Shown: positions 10,172 to 20,619, counted from the first letter of the stretch. The stretch: DNA of 64,000 nucleotides from an uncultured Clostridia bacterium (GCA_947175555.1 CAMWNK010000002.1:19186-83185), one strand, 5' to 3'. Translations and numbers: made by a program. Notes: generated by a model from the letters alone, not told the origin.

Positions 10172-10283
10172 CATTGACTTGGCGACATTTTCATCCATCG
10201 TACGCCCCTTTCCCAAAAAGGGCCGCCTTGACAAAAATACGGCTTATAAGTTAAAATAGACAGGTAAATTGTAAGAGGTAAAG

Positions 10284-11666
10284 ATGGATTACAAAGAGTA
10301 TCAGGAAAATTTAGAAAAAAAGCACCACGCAGAGATATCGAGACTTGCCAAGCTCAACGGCAAAGGCATAGCAATCAATCCTAAGCTGTATCAGAAGTAC
10401 GACGTAAAAAGAGGACTTAGGGATATCAACGGCAACGGCGTAGTATGCGGTCTGACGGAGATATCGGAAATCATCTCGTTCAAGAAAAACGAAAGCGGAG
10501 AAAAAGTCCCCTGCCACGGCGAGTTGTATTACCGCGGATATAACGTGCGCGACCTTGTAGACGGATTTATAAAGAGGAAGAGATACGGCTTTGAAGAGTC
10601 GGCATATCTGTTGCTCTTCGGAAAACTGCCTACGGCGGAAGAGCTGACGCACTTTTCGGACATGCTGTGCGACTACAGACTGCTGCCTACCAATTTCGTG
10701 CGCGACATCATCATGAAATCCCCTTCCCGCGATATGATGAACATGCTGGCAAGGTGCGTGCTCAACCTCTACTCTTACGATAGACACGCCGATAAGATAT
10801 CGGTATCCAACGTATTGAGGCAAAGCCTGCAACTTATCGCGCGATTCCCGCTACTGACCGTATACAGCAACAACGCCTATAAGTATTACAATACCGAGTG
10901 CTCGCTGTATATTCACAAACCCGACCGCACGCTATCTACCGCAGAAAATCTGCTGTACATATTGCGCGACGACAATAAGTTTACCGAGCTTGAGGCCTTG
11001 GTGCTGGATATATGTCTTATCCTGCACGCAGAGCACGGCGGCGGCAATAACTCCACGTTTACCACACACGTAGTATCTTCTTCCGGCACGGATACCTACT
11101 CGTCCGTAGCGGCATCGCTCGGCTCGCTTAAGGGCCCCAAGCACGGCGGCGCAAACGTGAAAGTTGTGCAGATGTTCGATAATATCAAAGAAAACGTACA
11201 CGGATTCACCGACGGCAACATCCGCGATTATCTTATAAAAATCCTTGATAAAGAGGCATTCGACAAGTCGGGATTGATATACGGAATGGGACATGCCGTA
11301 TACTCGCTGTCCGATCCCAGATGCGACATATTAAAGGACTGCGCGGAGAAACTCGCCGCAGAAAAGAACATGAGCGAAGAGTTTTACCTGCACAGCCGCG
11401 TAGCGCACATAGCGGGCGAATTGATTGCCGAAAGACGCAAAATCTATAAGGGCGTAAGCCCCAACGTGGACTTCTATTCGGGACTTATATACGACATGCT
11501 CAAGCTGGACAGAGAGCTGTATACACCTTTATTTGCGGTGTCGCGCATAGCGGGATGGTCGGCTCACAGACTGGAAGAAATTGCCAGCGGCGGCAAGATA
11601 ATCCGCCCCTCTTACATTGCAATAACGGGGCGCAGAGATTACGCGCCGATAGACGAAAGGCAGTAA
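10284..11666 (+). CDS. Citrate synthase family protein (citrate/2-methylcitrate synthase)
   Basis: 460 aa. LILHAEHGGGNNSTF ... GPKHGGAN ... GMGHAVYSLSDPR ... NVDFYSG are citrate synthase signatures. A candidate TTGACA-18-TAAAAT promoter lies at 10228-10257. Confidence 0.85.
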   Translation: MDYKEYQENLEKKHHAEISRLAKLNGKGIAINPKLYQKYDVKRGLRDINGNGVVCGLTEISEIISFKKNESGEKVPCHGELYYRGYNVRDLVDGFIKRKRYGFEESAYLLLFGKLPTAEELTHFSDMLCDYRLLPTNFVRDIIMKSPSRDMMNMLARCVLNLYSYDRHADKISVSNVLRQSLQLIARFPLLTVYSNNAYKYYNTECSLYIHKPDRTLSTAENLLYILRDDNKFTELEALVLDICLILHAEHGGGNNSTFTTHVVSSSGTDTYSSVAASLGSLKGPKHGGANVKVVQMFDNIKENVHGFTDGNIRDYLIKILDKEAFDKSGLIYGMGHAVYSLSDPRCDILKDCAEKLAAEKNMSEEFYLHSRVAHIAGELIAERRKIYKGVSPNVDFYSGLIYDMLKLDRELYTPLFAVSRIAGWSAHRLEEIASGGKIIRPSYIAITGRRDYAPIDERQ

Positions 11667-11690
11667 TCGTAATAATTATCTATATATCGC

Positions 11691-11719
11691 AATCCCGCGC
11701 CGTATATAGACGCGGGATT
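11691..11719. terminator. Hairpin between convergent genes (bidirectional terminator)
   Basis: AATCCCGCG ... CGCGGGATT, a 9-bp perfect stem between citrate synthase (+) and the CDF transporter (-). Confidence 0.55.
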
Positions 11720-11763
11720 AATTATTTATAGAACAAAAACGGATAGAAATAAGCGGCGAAATT

Positions 11764-12933
11764 TTATTCCGACAGCTGCCTCTCAACCGTAGCAATTACC
11801 GATACCGAGCTATCTTCTTGCGCCACCTTATCGGCGATAGTCGCCGCAATCTGCTTTTCGGAAAGCGCGCCGCCGAACGGTATGCCTACGTCGAATATGA
11901 GCTTAGTCCCTTGAGCGGATTTGACCGTCCTGAAGTCGTGTATATCATACTCGGCATCTATCTCTTTAACTATACGGCACACCATCTCGTGATAGCGATT
12001 GTTTTCGGGATCGTCGAGCACTACGGGGTCTATGTGCACCACAAGCACTATATTTGTATTGGTGATAAAGTCGTGCTCGATATTATCTGCGAGCGTGTGC
12101 GCTTCCATTACCGACATACCCGCATCGCACTCCACATGCGCCGTTGCATAAAACTTGCTCTGCCCATAGCTGTGCACGTTGAGGTCGTGTATGCCCATTA
12201 CTCCCTCGAATGAAGTTATGCGCGCTTTAATATCTTTGACCATGCTGCTATCGGGCGCCTGCCCTACCAGCCTGCTCATAGTCTTTCTGACCAGTCCTAT
12301 ACCCGCCGCCGCCACAATCAGCGCGACAACGCAGCCCATGTATCCGTCGAGATTGACGCCCGTATAGTAGGAAATCACGAAAGCAACTATTACTGCCGTA
12401 GTTGCGATGACGTCTGTTATACTGTCTATAGAAGCCGCCTTAAGCACGTCGGACGATATCGCCCTTCCCAGCCGTCTGTTAAAGAAGAACATCCATATCT
12501 TAGCCGCAACCGATACGCACAGTATGACGAGAGTAAATACGGTAAACTCAAATGGCTCGGGCGATATAATCTTTTTTACCGACTCTACCGCAAGCTCGAA
12601 TGCTACTACCAAAATGATGAGCGATACTATCATCGACGCGACGTATTCCATGCGCTGATGTCCGTAGGGATGCTCCTTGTCCGCGGGCTTGCCCGCCATC
12701 TTAAAGCCTATCACAGACACAGCGTTGCTGCCGCAATCGGATAAGTTGTTAAGACCGTCTGCAAGCACGGAAATGACGCCCGTAATCGCGCCTGCCGTAA
12801 TTTTTGCAGCGGACAGCGCGCAATTAATGAGCAAGCCGACTATGCCTGACAGCTTCCCGTATCGCTCTCTTACGACAGGATTGTCGGTATCCTTATAATC
12901 TTTTACAAACAGTTTTAGCAGCAATTTTCCCAT
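11764..12933 (-). CDS. Cation diffusion facilitator (CDF) family metal efflux transporter
   Basis: 389 aa. Six hydrophobic segments plus a C-terminal cytoplasmic domain. LADGLNNLSDCGS ... HPYGHQRMEY is the typical CDF pattern. Confidence 0.8.
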   Translation of the reverse strand: MGKLLLKLFVKDYKDTDNPVVRERYGKLSGIVGLLINCALSAAKITAGAITGVISVLADGLNNLSDCGSNAVSVIGFKMAGKPADKEHPYGHQRMEYVASMIVSLIILVVAFELAVESVKKIISPEPFEFTVFTLVILCVSVAAKIWMFFFNRRLGRAISSDVLKAASIDSITDVIATTAVIVAFVISYYTGVNLDGYMGCVVALIVAAAGIGLVRKTMSRLVGQAPDSSMVKDIKARITSFEGVMGIHDLNVHSYGQSKFYATAHVECDAGMSVMEAHTLADNIEHDFITNTNIVLVVHIDPVVLDDPENNRYHEMVCRIVKEIDAEYDIHDFRTVKSAQGTKLIFDVGIPFGGALSEKQIAATIADKVAQEDSSVSVIATVERQLSE

Positions 12934-13210
12934 ACTATCTCTTATCGCTTTGGATTATAGAGCTATATTATAGCATACGCGCCTTTAATTGACAAGCCGC
13001 GCCGCCTTAAGCCATTAATAAAAAGGAGACCGCCATGCAGTCCCTTATAAACGCACTTTTCGTATAGAGCCTATACCGCATATTATGACTTAATCGTAAA
13101 TTGCGTTACGCGGCAACTATACTACTATAGAGCAATGTTATCGTCCTATTTTAAGCCTGATGAAAGCTATGTAAGCGCGCTCTAAAATACCGAATAAGGC
13201 ATAAATATAA

Positions 13211-13390
13211 TTATGATTTTTTAGTTAATCCGCTTTTCTTATCAAGGATACTAATTGCTTCGTCAGCCGTTATTTCACCCATAGCTACTTTAATCCCAAT
13301 ATCTTCTACTTCGCTGGAAATAGACAATCCTTCAACAGCTAAAGAAACTTTGTATCCTTCTGCTACTTTCTTAGCCTCTTCGTAATTCAT
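13211..13390 (-). CDS. VbhA-like small protein (Fic-toxin antitoxin family)
   Basis: 59 aa: MNYEEAKKVAEGYKVSLAVEGLSISSEVEDIGIKVAMGEITADEAISIL. SLAVEG fits the Fic-inhibitory motif [S/T]xxxE[G/N]. GGAG lies upstream of ATG 13390. Confidence 0.6.
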   Translation of the reverse strand: MNYEEAKKVAEGYKVSLAVEGLSISSEVEDIGIKVAMGEITADEAISILDKKSGLTKKS

Positions 13391-13444
13391 AATCCTAACT
13401 CCTAAATGCCAATATGAAAATAATAGCAATTATTATATGACAGC

Positions 13445-14128
13445 TTATTGGCATATAATTGCGGATATTATCTCTTCCGCCATTACGCAAGCCGCTGCCG
13501 CAGGCACATAAGATATGCTCCCGGGGATATGCCTGCCGCCCTCGTCTACCGTAGAGCCGAGCGGTTGCTCTTGCGAATATACTACTCTCAGCGAGTTAAC
13601 TCCCGCTCGCTTAAGCTCTCTGCGCATTACGCGCGCAAGAGGGCACACGGACGTATCGTAAATATCTGCCGCCTTAAAATTTGCGTGCAGCTTATTGCCT
13701 GTACCCATACAGCTTACGAGTTTAACCTTGCCGTCGCAGCGCTTTGCAAGCTCTATCTTAGAAGAGACGGTATCTATGCAATCGGCGCAGCAGTCGTACT
13801 CCGTCAAGTCAATCTCGCAATCCTCGGCAAAAAAGATATCGTATATTTTTACGACGGCGTCGGGATTAATCGACGCTATCCTATCCGCGGCGGCGCGCGT
13901 CTTGCTCACGCCGACATTGCTCCCCACGGCAAGGACTTGCCTATTGAAATTGGATAGGGATATGATATCGCAATCCACTATACCGATATAGCCTACGCCC
14001 GCTCTTGCCAAAAATTCCGCAACATAGCCGCCTACGCCGCCCAGTCCGAAGACAATCACCTTAGCAGACTTGAGCGCGTCCGCGCCGCCGCCGATAAGCA
14101 TACGCGTACGGCTGTCGTCCATACTCAT
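13445..14128 (-). CDS. tcdA: tRNA threonylcarbamoyladenosine dehydratase (ThiF/MoeB-family E1-like)
   Basis: 227 aa. VIVFGLGGVGGYVAEFLARAGVGYIGIVDCDIISLSNFNRQ. 4-nt overlap with cysK. Confidence 0.75.
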   Translation of the reverse strand: MSMDDSRTRMLIGGGADALKSAKVIVFGLGGVGGYVAEFLARAGVGYIGIVDCDIISLSNFNRQVLAVGSNVGVSKTRAAADRIASINPDAVVKIYDIFFAEDCEIDLTEYDCCADCIDTVSSKIELAKRCDGKVKLVSCMGTGNKLHANFKAADIYDTSVCPLARVMRRELKRAGVNSLRVVYSQEQPLGSTVDEGGRHIPGSISYVPAAAACVMAEEIISAIICQ

Positions 14129-15048
14129 CCGAATACTCCCGTAGATAGATACCTATTGCCGCAATCGGGCAATATCGCCACAGTCAGCTTGCCCTTATTC
14201 TCCGCTCTGCCAAGATACTGCTTAGCCGCCCATATAACCGCGCCCGAGGATATACCTGCAAGCAGTCCCTCGCTTTTTGCAAGCATTGCCGTGCATGCGT
14301 AAGCGTCCTCGTCCTTGACGGCGATTATGCTGTCGTATGCCTTGCAATCGAGCACTTCGGGGACAAATCCCGCGCCTATACCCTGCAACTTATGCTTGCC
14401 CGCGCAGCCGCCTGATAGCACGTTGGACGAATGCGGCTCTACCGCGATAACTTCTACTCCGCGCTTATACTCGCGCAGATATCTGCTCAATCCCGTTACG
14501 GTGCCGCCCGTACCTACGCCTACTACCACGGCGTCTATCTTGCCGTCGGTATCTTGCCATATCTCATCTGCGGTAGCCTTATGCGCCGCAGGATTAGCGG
14601 GATTGACAAACTGCCCCGCTATGATACTCCCGTCGGTTATAGCGTGCAACTTTTGTGCCTCTTCGACTGCGCCTGCCATACCCTTGCTGCCGTCGGTAAG
14701 CACCAACTTTGCTCCGTAGGCGGCAAGCAACTGCCTGCGCTCCAAGCTCATGGTATCGGGCATAGTAAGTATGAGATTATATCCTCTTACAGCGCATATT
14801 GCGGCAAGACCTATGCCCGTATTGCCGCTGGTAGGCTCGATGACGGTGCCGCCCGCTTTGAGCGTGCCGTTCGCCTCTGCTGCATTTATCATGCTCAAAG
14901 CCGCTCTATCCTTAACGCTGCCCGAAGGGTTCATGCCCTCTACCTTAGCGATTATGGGCGTATCCAATCCCATAAGTCTACTAAGGCGCGACAGTTTAAT
15001 CAAAGGCGTACCGCCGACAAGCTGTGAGTAATCGCAGGCTATATTCAT
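14125..15048 (-). CDS. cysK: Cysteine synthase A (O-acetylserine sulfhydrylase)
   Basis: 307 aa. GGTPLIKLSRL ... NPSGSVKDRAALSMI ... TSGNTGIGLA. Confidence 0.9.
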   Translation of the reverse strand: MNIACDYSQLVGGTPLIKLSRLSRLMGLDTPIIAKVEGMNPSGSVKDRAALSMINAAEANGTLKAGGTVIEPTSGNTGIGLAAICAVRGYNLILTMPDTMSLERRQLLAAYGAKLVLTDGSKGMAGAVEEAQKLHAITDGSIIAGQFVNPANPAAHKATADEIWQDTDGKIDAVVVGVGTGGTVTGLSRYLREYKRGVEVIAVEPHSSNVLSGGCAGKHKLQGIGAGFVPEVLDCKAYDSIIAVKDEDAYACTAMLAKSEGLLAGISSGAVIWAAKQYLGRAENKGKLTVAILPDCGNRYLSTGVFG

Positions 15049-15659
15049 ACCTCTCGCTCCTTATCGGGCGCGCTGATGCTATCTGCGTCTGCGTCGCCTG
15101 TTTGCTCGGGCTGATTTTCACTTATCTCACTATCTTGCGCCATATCGCCTACGGGCTGCTCGCACGGGCGGCAGATAACTTCGCTATCGGGCTTTGACTC
15201 CGCGCCCTTATAAAAAGACTTAAACAGACAGCAAGCCGTCGCGCCAAAGCACAGCCAGCCCGCGATAATAGCGGCGTCGGCAAGTCCTTCTCCCGTCTCC
15301 ACATGCAACTGCCTTATCTCTGCAGAAAAAGGCAACTGATATATCTGGAACATAAATTCTATCATTATGCCTGCCGCGGCAAACAATATCGCAGGCAGTA
15401 GATTCCACTTGTTTTCGGGATAGGGGATTAAGGATAACACCCCTGCTATAAGGGGCAGCAGATAGGCTATAAACGCCGCCGCATTAAAGCTCATCTTGCC
15501 CATGCTCACGCGGAAAGCTATCTTATGCGCCTGTAGACCGTCGCCGCCGGGATCGGTAATCGCGTCGGCAAAAAACAGTCCGAAAGCTATAACCGCGCAC
15601 ACGGCTATCACTGCGGTGAGGATAAGCTGCCTTTTAGGTTGCTTGAATAGTTTAATCAT
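15045..15659 (-). CDS. Hypothetical membrane protein with acidic C-terminal tail
   Basis: 204 aa, about 4 hydrophobic segments, 4-nt overlap with cysK. No recognisable family. Confidence 0.5.
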   Translation of the reverse strand: MIKLFKQPKRQLILTAVIAVCAVIAFGLFFADAITDPGGDGLQAHKIAFRVSMGKMSFNAAAFIAYLLPLIAGVLSLIPYPENKWNLLPAILFAAAGIMIEFMFQIYQLPFSAEIRQLHVETGEGLADAAIIAGWLCFGATACCLFKSFYKGAESKPDSEVICRPCEQPVGDMAQDSEISENQPEQTGDADADSISAPDKEREV

Positions 15660-15699
15660 AATATCACCTTATTTATGCTTTTGATATACTTATAGCGTA

Positions 15700-16659
15700 T
15701 TACTCTGCCGATTTCCCCGTAACGACATTGATAGGCTGTCCGCCCTCAAACGCGCGCAGATTCTCCGCCACCATACCGATAAGCCTGCGCCTCGTCTCGG
15801 TGGGCGCCCAAGCTATGTGCGGCGTAATCAAGCAGTTACGCGCCTTTAGCAGAGGGTTGTCCGCCTTAGGCGGTTCGCAAGAAAGAGTATCAAGGGCTGC
15901 TCCCGCTATCGTGCCCGAGTTAAGCGCGTCGGCAAGCGCCTGCTCGTCCACAAGCAAGCCGCGCGCCGTATTGATAAGCACGGCAGACTTCTTCATAGCA
16001 GACAGCCGCTTTTTATTAATCAACTTCTCCGTCTTAGGGGTAAGCGGACAGTGTAGCGTGAGGTAATCGGACATTGCGAATATGTCGTCTCCCACATAGG
16101 GGTAGGGGCAATCCACGTGCATAGTCCTGCTCGCTACCACAACCCTCATGCCGAAAGCGTTGCCTATATCCGCCACCTTTCTGCCGATATTGCCGTAGCC
16201 GTATATGCCGAGCGTCTTGCCCTGCAACTCGTCGGTAGGATAGGGGAAATAGCTGAAAGTATTGCTCTTGCTCCACTCCCCGCGCTTTACGCAGCAATCG
16301 TATTCGTCCACGCGGCAAGCAAAGTGCATTATCATCGCAAAGGTATGTTGCGCCACCGCATGAGTGGAATAATCGGGCACGTTGGTTACCGTAATGCCTG
16401 CGGCGTAAGCCGCCTCGATATCCACGTTGTTATATCCCGTTGCAAATAGCCCCACGTATTTCAAGTTAGGCAGAGCGGACATTACCGATGCGGAGATAAC
16501 TATCTTATTACACAGTATCGCATCGCAATCTGCGCAGGAGGATATGATATCCTCCTCGCTCTTAATGTCGCAATAGATGACTTCGCCTATAGCTTCTATC
16601 TCGCCGAAGTCGAGATCGCCGCGCGTAAGCGTATTCTTATCCAGTACTGCAATTTTCAT
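15700..16659 (-). CDS. D-isomer-specific 2-hydroxyacid dehydrogenase (glycerate dehydrogenase-like)
   Basis: 319 aa. GIYGYGNIGRKVA (NAD-binding) ... LINTARG ... ITPHIAW. Confidence 0.85.
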   Translation of the reverse strand: MKIAVLDKNTLTRGDLDFGEIEAIGEVIYCDIKSEEDIISSCADCDAILCNKIVISASVMSALPNLKYVGLFATGYNNVDIEAAYAAGITVTNVPDYSTHAVAQHTFAMIMHFACRVDEYDCCVKRGEWSKSNTFSYFPYPTDELQGKTLGIYGYGNIGRKVADIGNAFGMRVVVASRTMHVDCPYPYVGDDIFAMSDYLTLHCPLTPKTEKLINKKRLSAMKKSAVLINTARGLLVDEQALADALNSGTIAGAALDTLSCEPPKADNPLLKARNCLITPHIAWAPTETRRRLIGMVAENLRAFEGGQPINVVTGKSAE

Positions 16660-16662
16660 AAA

Positions 16663-17694
16663 TTATAAAGTTACCGTTACTTTATTTAAGTTGCGGGGAG
16701 TATCTACGCTCAGTCCCTTGGCAAGTCCCACGTTGAGAGCAAGCAAAGATACCGCAACGCCGTAAGTTACGGGCGCGATGATATCGTCGTCTTTAGGCAT
16801 GGATATCTTATTGTGCGCTGTCTCCAACACCTCAGGGATATCGCTGAACGCAGTGAGCTTGCCGCCCAAAGATACAATACGCCTTGCCAAATCTATATAC
16901 TCGCGGGTGAATACGCCCGAGGGTGCCAGCATTATTACGTGCGCGTCCTCGTCAATGAGCGAGAAAGGTCCGTGCATGAAGTTGGCTGTAGAGAAAGAGC
17001 GGTTGAACATATAGCAGCACTCCGTGAGCTTAAGCGCGCACTCGTCGCCCGTGCCCAGCATTGTGCCGCGGGAGAGGATAATATTGGTCTTTCTGTCCTT
17101 GATAGCCTTGGCAACTGTTGCAATCTCATCGTTTTTGTCAAGAATATCGGCAATTTTTGCGCATACGCTGTCAATACCGTCGGTTATATTCGCCCCAAAT
17201 GCCTCTGCTAAAGTGAGCAATGCTACCAATTCTCCGATATAAGTCTTGGTTGCCGCGACGCTCTTTTCTTCCTCCACGTCTATGAACAGATGATAATCGC
17301 TGCCCTTTGCAACGGGAGAGTCTGCGTTATCCGTTACCGCAACTACCATTGCACCCGCCGCCTTAGCCTTATTGAATACGTCCACGGTGTCCTTAGACAT
17401 ACCGCTTTGCGACACGATTATCATACACGTATCGCTCATATCCACCTTTTTATCGTACACGGTATATACAGAGGGATGAAAGCGTCCTACGTTGATTCCC
17501 GCAGTAACGGGGAATACAAAAGAAAATACCGTAGCCGCATTGTCGGACGTGCCTCTTGCCATGGTGATAACCTTGTTTATACCCTTGGACTTAAAGGCCT
17601 TGGCTATCTCCGCCGCCACGGGACGGCAAGACGCTATCGTACGCTTAATCATTTCGGGCTCGGAAAATATCTCCTGTTGCATTAAAGTTGTCAT
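16663..17694 (-). CDS. SIS-domain sugar-phosphate isomerase/deglycase (GlmS isomerase-domain-like, AgaS/FrlB type)
   Basis: 343 aa. Two SIS repeats: ARGTSDNAA ... VSQSGMSKDT ... VTDNADSP. Confidence 0.75.
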   Translation of the reverse strand: MTTLMQQEIFSEPEMIKRTIASCRPVAAEIAKAFKSKGINKVITMARGTSDNAATVFSFVFPVTAGINVGRFHPSVYTVYDKKVDMSDTCMIIVSQSGMSKDTVDVFNKAKAAGAMVVAVTDNADSPVAKGSDYHLFIDVEEEKSVAATKTYIGELVALLTLAEAFGANITDGIDSVCAKIADILDKNDEIATVAKAIKDRKTNIILSRGTMLGTGDECALKLTECCYMFNRSFSTANFMHGPFSLIDEDAHVIMLAPSGVFTREYIDLARRIVSLGGKLTAFSDIPEVLETAHNKISMPKDDDIIAPVTYGVAVSLLALNVGLAKGLSVDTPRNLNKVTVTL

Positions 17695-18206
17695 TACATT
17701 ATCTCCTTATTTCTTACCTTCGGCGCTGCGCCGATACAGTATTATTTTAACATATCGGATATTACATATCAATAAATATTTTTACGCGTTATTATTAAAA
17801 TATGTTCGTGTTAACGGCTTCGATTGATGTCATAATCTAATACTTTTTTGCAAATGCGCGCGCAATGGATAATAATCAGCCATTTTATACTGAGCGCTTT
17901 CATCTGCGCAGCCGCTTTACGTAGCTTAATTACTCGCCAACTTATCGCCTTATCCATTGTGCAAACTAAGGTCTATCCCTTTGTGGTGCAAAAATATCGC
18001 ATAATAATTGATAATATCTCGATTTCGCATTATCTACTTATTGCTATACCTATAGAAGCCTTCAAGATATGATTGACCTGCGCATTATTTAACATAATCA
18101 ATACCGCGCCCACTTACATTTAGCCGTGTCAGAGGTTGAAAATAAAGCGGTTTTCTGCTATAGTTATAACAAGTTCGAAGTATTTAGGACTTATTCGGAG
18201 GAAATT

Positions 18207-18569
18207 ATGGCAAATATCAACGCGTCGTCCGAGAACTATCTCGAGACAATATTGATGCTCAAGAGCACTAAAGGCAGCGTACGCGCTATCGAAATTGCGC
18301 AAGAGCTCGGATTTTCCAAGCCCAGCGTAAGCATAGCCCTTAAGCATTTACGAGAGAGCGGACACGTTACGGTTGACAACGACGGAAGCATATCGCTGAC
18401 CGACTCGGGAAAGGAAATAGCCGCTAAAATATATGAAAGACACATCGTTTTGACGCGTTTTCTTACATCGCTGGGCGTTAGCGCGAACACAGCGGAAGAC
18501 GATGCCTGCAAAATAGAGCATATTATCAGCGCAGAAACCTTCGATTGTATAAAAAAGCAATCAACTTAA
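18207..18569 (+). CDS. DtxR/MntR-family metal-dependent transcriptional regulator
   Basis: MANINASSENYLETILMLKSTKGSVRAIEIAQELGFSKPSVSIALKHLRESGHV. GGAGG lies 6 nt upstream of ATG 18207. The ORF-track start at 18126 is probably too long. Confidence 0.8.
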   Translation: MANINASSENYLETILMLKSTKGSVRAIEIAQELGFSKPSVSIALKHLRESGHVTVDNDGSISLTDSGKEIAAKIYERHIVLTRFLTSLGVSANTAEDDACKIEHIISAETFDCIKKQST

Positions 18570-18805
18570 GGCGCAATAACCGTCTTTAAGTTGAAAATCG
18601 CAAGAATAGACACGATAGAAACGCCGCATCGGCGCATACTCGCAAGAAAAAATGCCATTAGATACGGCAAGATAGATATTTTACCTCTAAATAAGGTATC
18701 TAAACGCAGTGATAACCGCTAAAAAGCTGATTTAGATTGCATTTTACGGCTTGATTTTCCGTATAATTTTCGCATAATAACCGATATAGAAAAATGCCTT
18801 GATTT

Positions 18806-18828
18806 TGTTTCACAAACCGCGTGAAACA
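18806..18828. repeat. Inverted repeat made of the two consensus parS half-sites separated by 7 nt
   Basis: TGTTTCAC-aaaccgc-GTGAAACA. The arms are exact reverse complements and match the halves of TGTTNCACGTGAAACA. Confidence 0.5.
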
Positions 18829-19473
18829 TTGGCTGAAAAATTGCTGTTTGAGACCGTTTTTATAGCTCGAAAATATAAAAATTTCACGCCCGCACACCTA
18901 ATCATTAGTTATATAATAGAAACATTTATTCTGCTTAGGGCATATTTTAGCCTGTTTATTTCTATTTGTGGGATAATTTTGTTACACGAGGAACATTATT
19001 AATTCCGCACTACCGAGTGCACCGACAGAGACCTGCTTTCCACGACAATATGGATTGATATGAGAGGAAATCCCACATATATCGAGTGCAAAATATTAAA
19101 CTAACTAAACGGCAATTTTAATTCCGTCGCAATTTGCACTAAATCTCAAGCATTATATGCTTTAGCTAATTTGCAACTATCATACTTGATATTGCAACAC
19201 AAATCACGTCAACTCATTTAGCAATGCGTGAATAATATTATGACGCACTGCTTAACCAATGTCAATTATAATTGTTGCAATGCAATATTTTATTATCGAG
19301 TAGCACAGTGAGAATACCAACGCAGCTATACTATAGCCGCATATTACTCAACGCAACTTAAATGATTATTATCATATAACCAATGGGAATATGGCAGTAT
19401 TTAATCTGATTTCTTCTCCACAAACAGAACTATTTTATTGAGCTGTCGGATTTTTACAACCGTATAACTTACA

Positions 19474-19494
19474 GCAATGTTTCACGTAAAACAT
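19474..19494. repeat. parS-like site, copy 1 of an exact 21-nt repeat
   Basis: GCAATGTTTCACGTAAAACAT. The core at 19478-19493, TGTTTCACGTAAAACA, matches 15 of 16 positions of the Bacillota parS consensus TGTTNCACGTGAAACA. Confidence 0.6.
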
Positions 19495-20619
19495 ATTGTT
19501 ACAAGCCTATTTACAGCTCAGCTTTGGGCACTATTTCAAACTTATGCGCTTTGTATTAAATTGCCGACTACAGGTATTAGTTAGTCTTGCAAGCAAGCGA
19601 TAAGAGCGTATTTATATATTATTGCCCATATCTTAAGATGTATAACCGTGCTTTTATCCGATAGAGTTTGATTGCCGCTGCATACTGCGCCCGAAGCAAT
19701 ATAGACTTCCAACTCTTACTCTATACAATGGGAATAGTCTGTCGATTATCAACTAAAGATTGGCTACTTCGATATACTAATCGAAAAGGCTGTTTTATAT
19801 ATAACATTAATTAAATACCGCCGAAAACCTATCATATAGCTATATAAGTGCATTTTTTTATGCTTATATCTGTCGCACGCCTTATACGCCGCACGCCAAT
19901 CGCAGCACGTTTACCGATAACTTATTTGTTCCATTCTTAGGCAATATCGATACAGCGCGCCATTTATATAGACATAAGCAGGGCAATATATTATCATCTT
20001 TTAGACAAACACCCTTGTCTTAATTTAGATAGAGTATTTATTATGGATATATGATAAGTTTAGAAGCGCGCAATGGTAGCACGTTAATTTGGTATGCTGC
20101 CACATTGATTTGTTATTAATAATAGTTTTAAGTAGATAAATCGATAATTTATATGGCTTTTCTCAACTTGTGTACCAATATCAGATACAAAAGCGCAACA
20201 TATTCTTGATTATAGACAATCACACGTTTTCACAATGGAGATTTATTTTTATGACTATATTTCTATTAAGTTTATCGACGCGCTTTACTGTCAATCAATG
20301 GCATTAGAGATATTTATCAAGAAAATCATTGCCGCCCGCAAATTTGAAGGCTTTAACGCAATAGATATGCTTAAGTATAGTTGTTTCGTTCGATTTATAT
20401 CATTTATTAGCATAATGCGCATTGATTTTTCAAGCGATCATCTTACATCATGATATAAAGCGCATCTGCAGATCGAATATGTGCGTAATATCATTAAGCG
20501 ATAACTATGCAATTCATATTAATTTATTAATTATCTATACAAATTACCCCGTATTGCCACCGTAATAAGTTTTACTTGGTGTAATTTGATACTTGAATAA
20601 TAAATATCTTTCTTTTTTG

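Noticed and set aside
17863-17959. A 10-bp inverted repeat, CAATGGATAA at 17863-17872 and TTATCCATTG at 17950-17959, that resembles a DnaA box (TTATCCAtt).
   Set aside because: It matches only 7 of 9 positions, with both mismatches in the 3' CACA part that is important for DnaA binding. A 10-mer inverted repeat in a 500-bp spacer is not strongly significant. It may instead be an operator in the divergent SIS/MntR promoter region.
19062-19090. AGAGGAAATCCCACAT resembles the universally conserved RNase P RNA block AGAGGAAAGTCCATG.
   Set aside because: The invariant GAGGAAAGUCC core is broken (AAATCCC instead of AAAGTCC). None of the other conserved RNase P RNA blocks are nearby.
18700-20453. 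The three ORFs called inside the gap: 18700-18897 (-), 18799-19002 (+) and 20235-20453 (+).
   Set aside because: None has an SD-like sequence. Two overlap each other on opposite strands. The peptides are Phe/Ile/Tyr/Lys-rich, as expected from random AT-rich DNA, and contain no motif I recognise.
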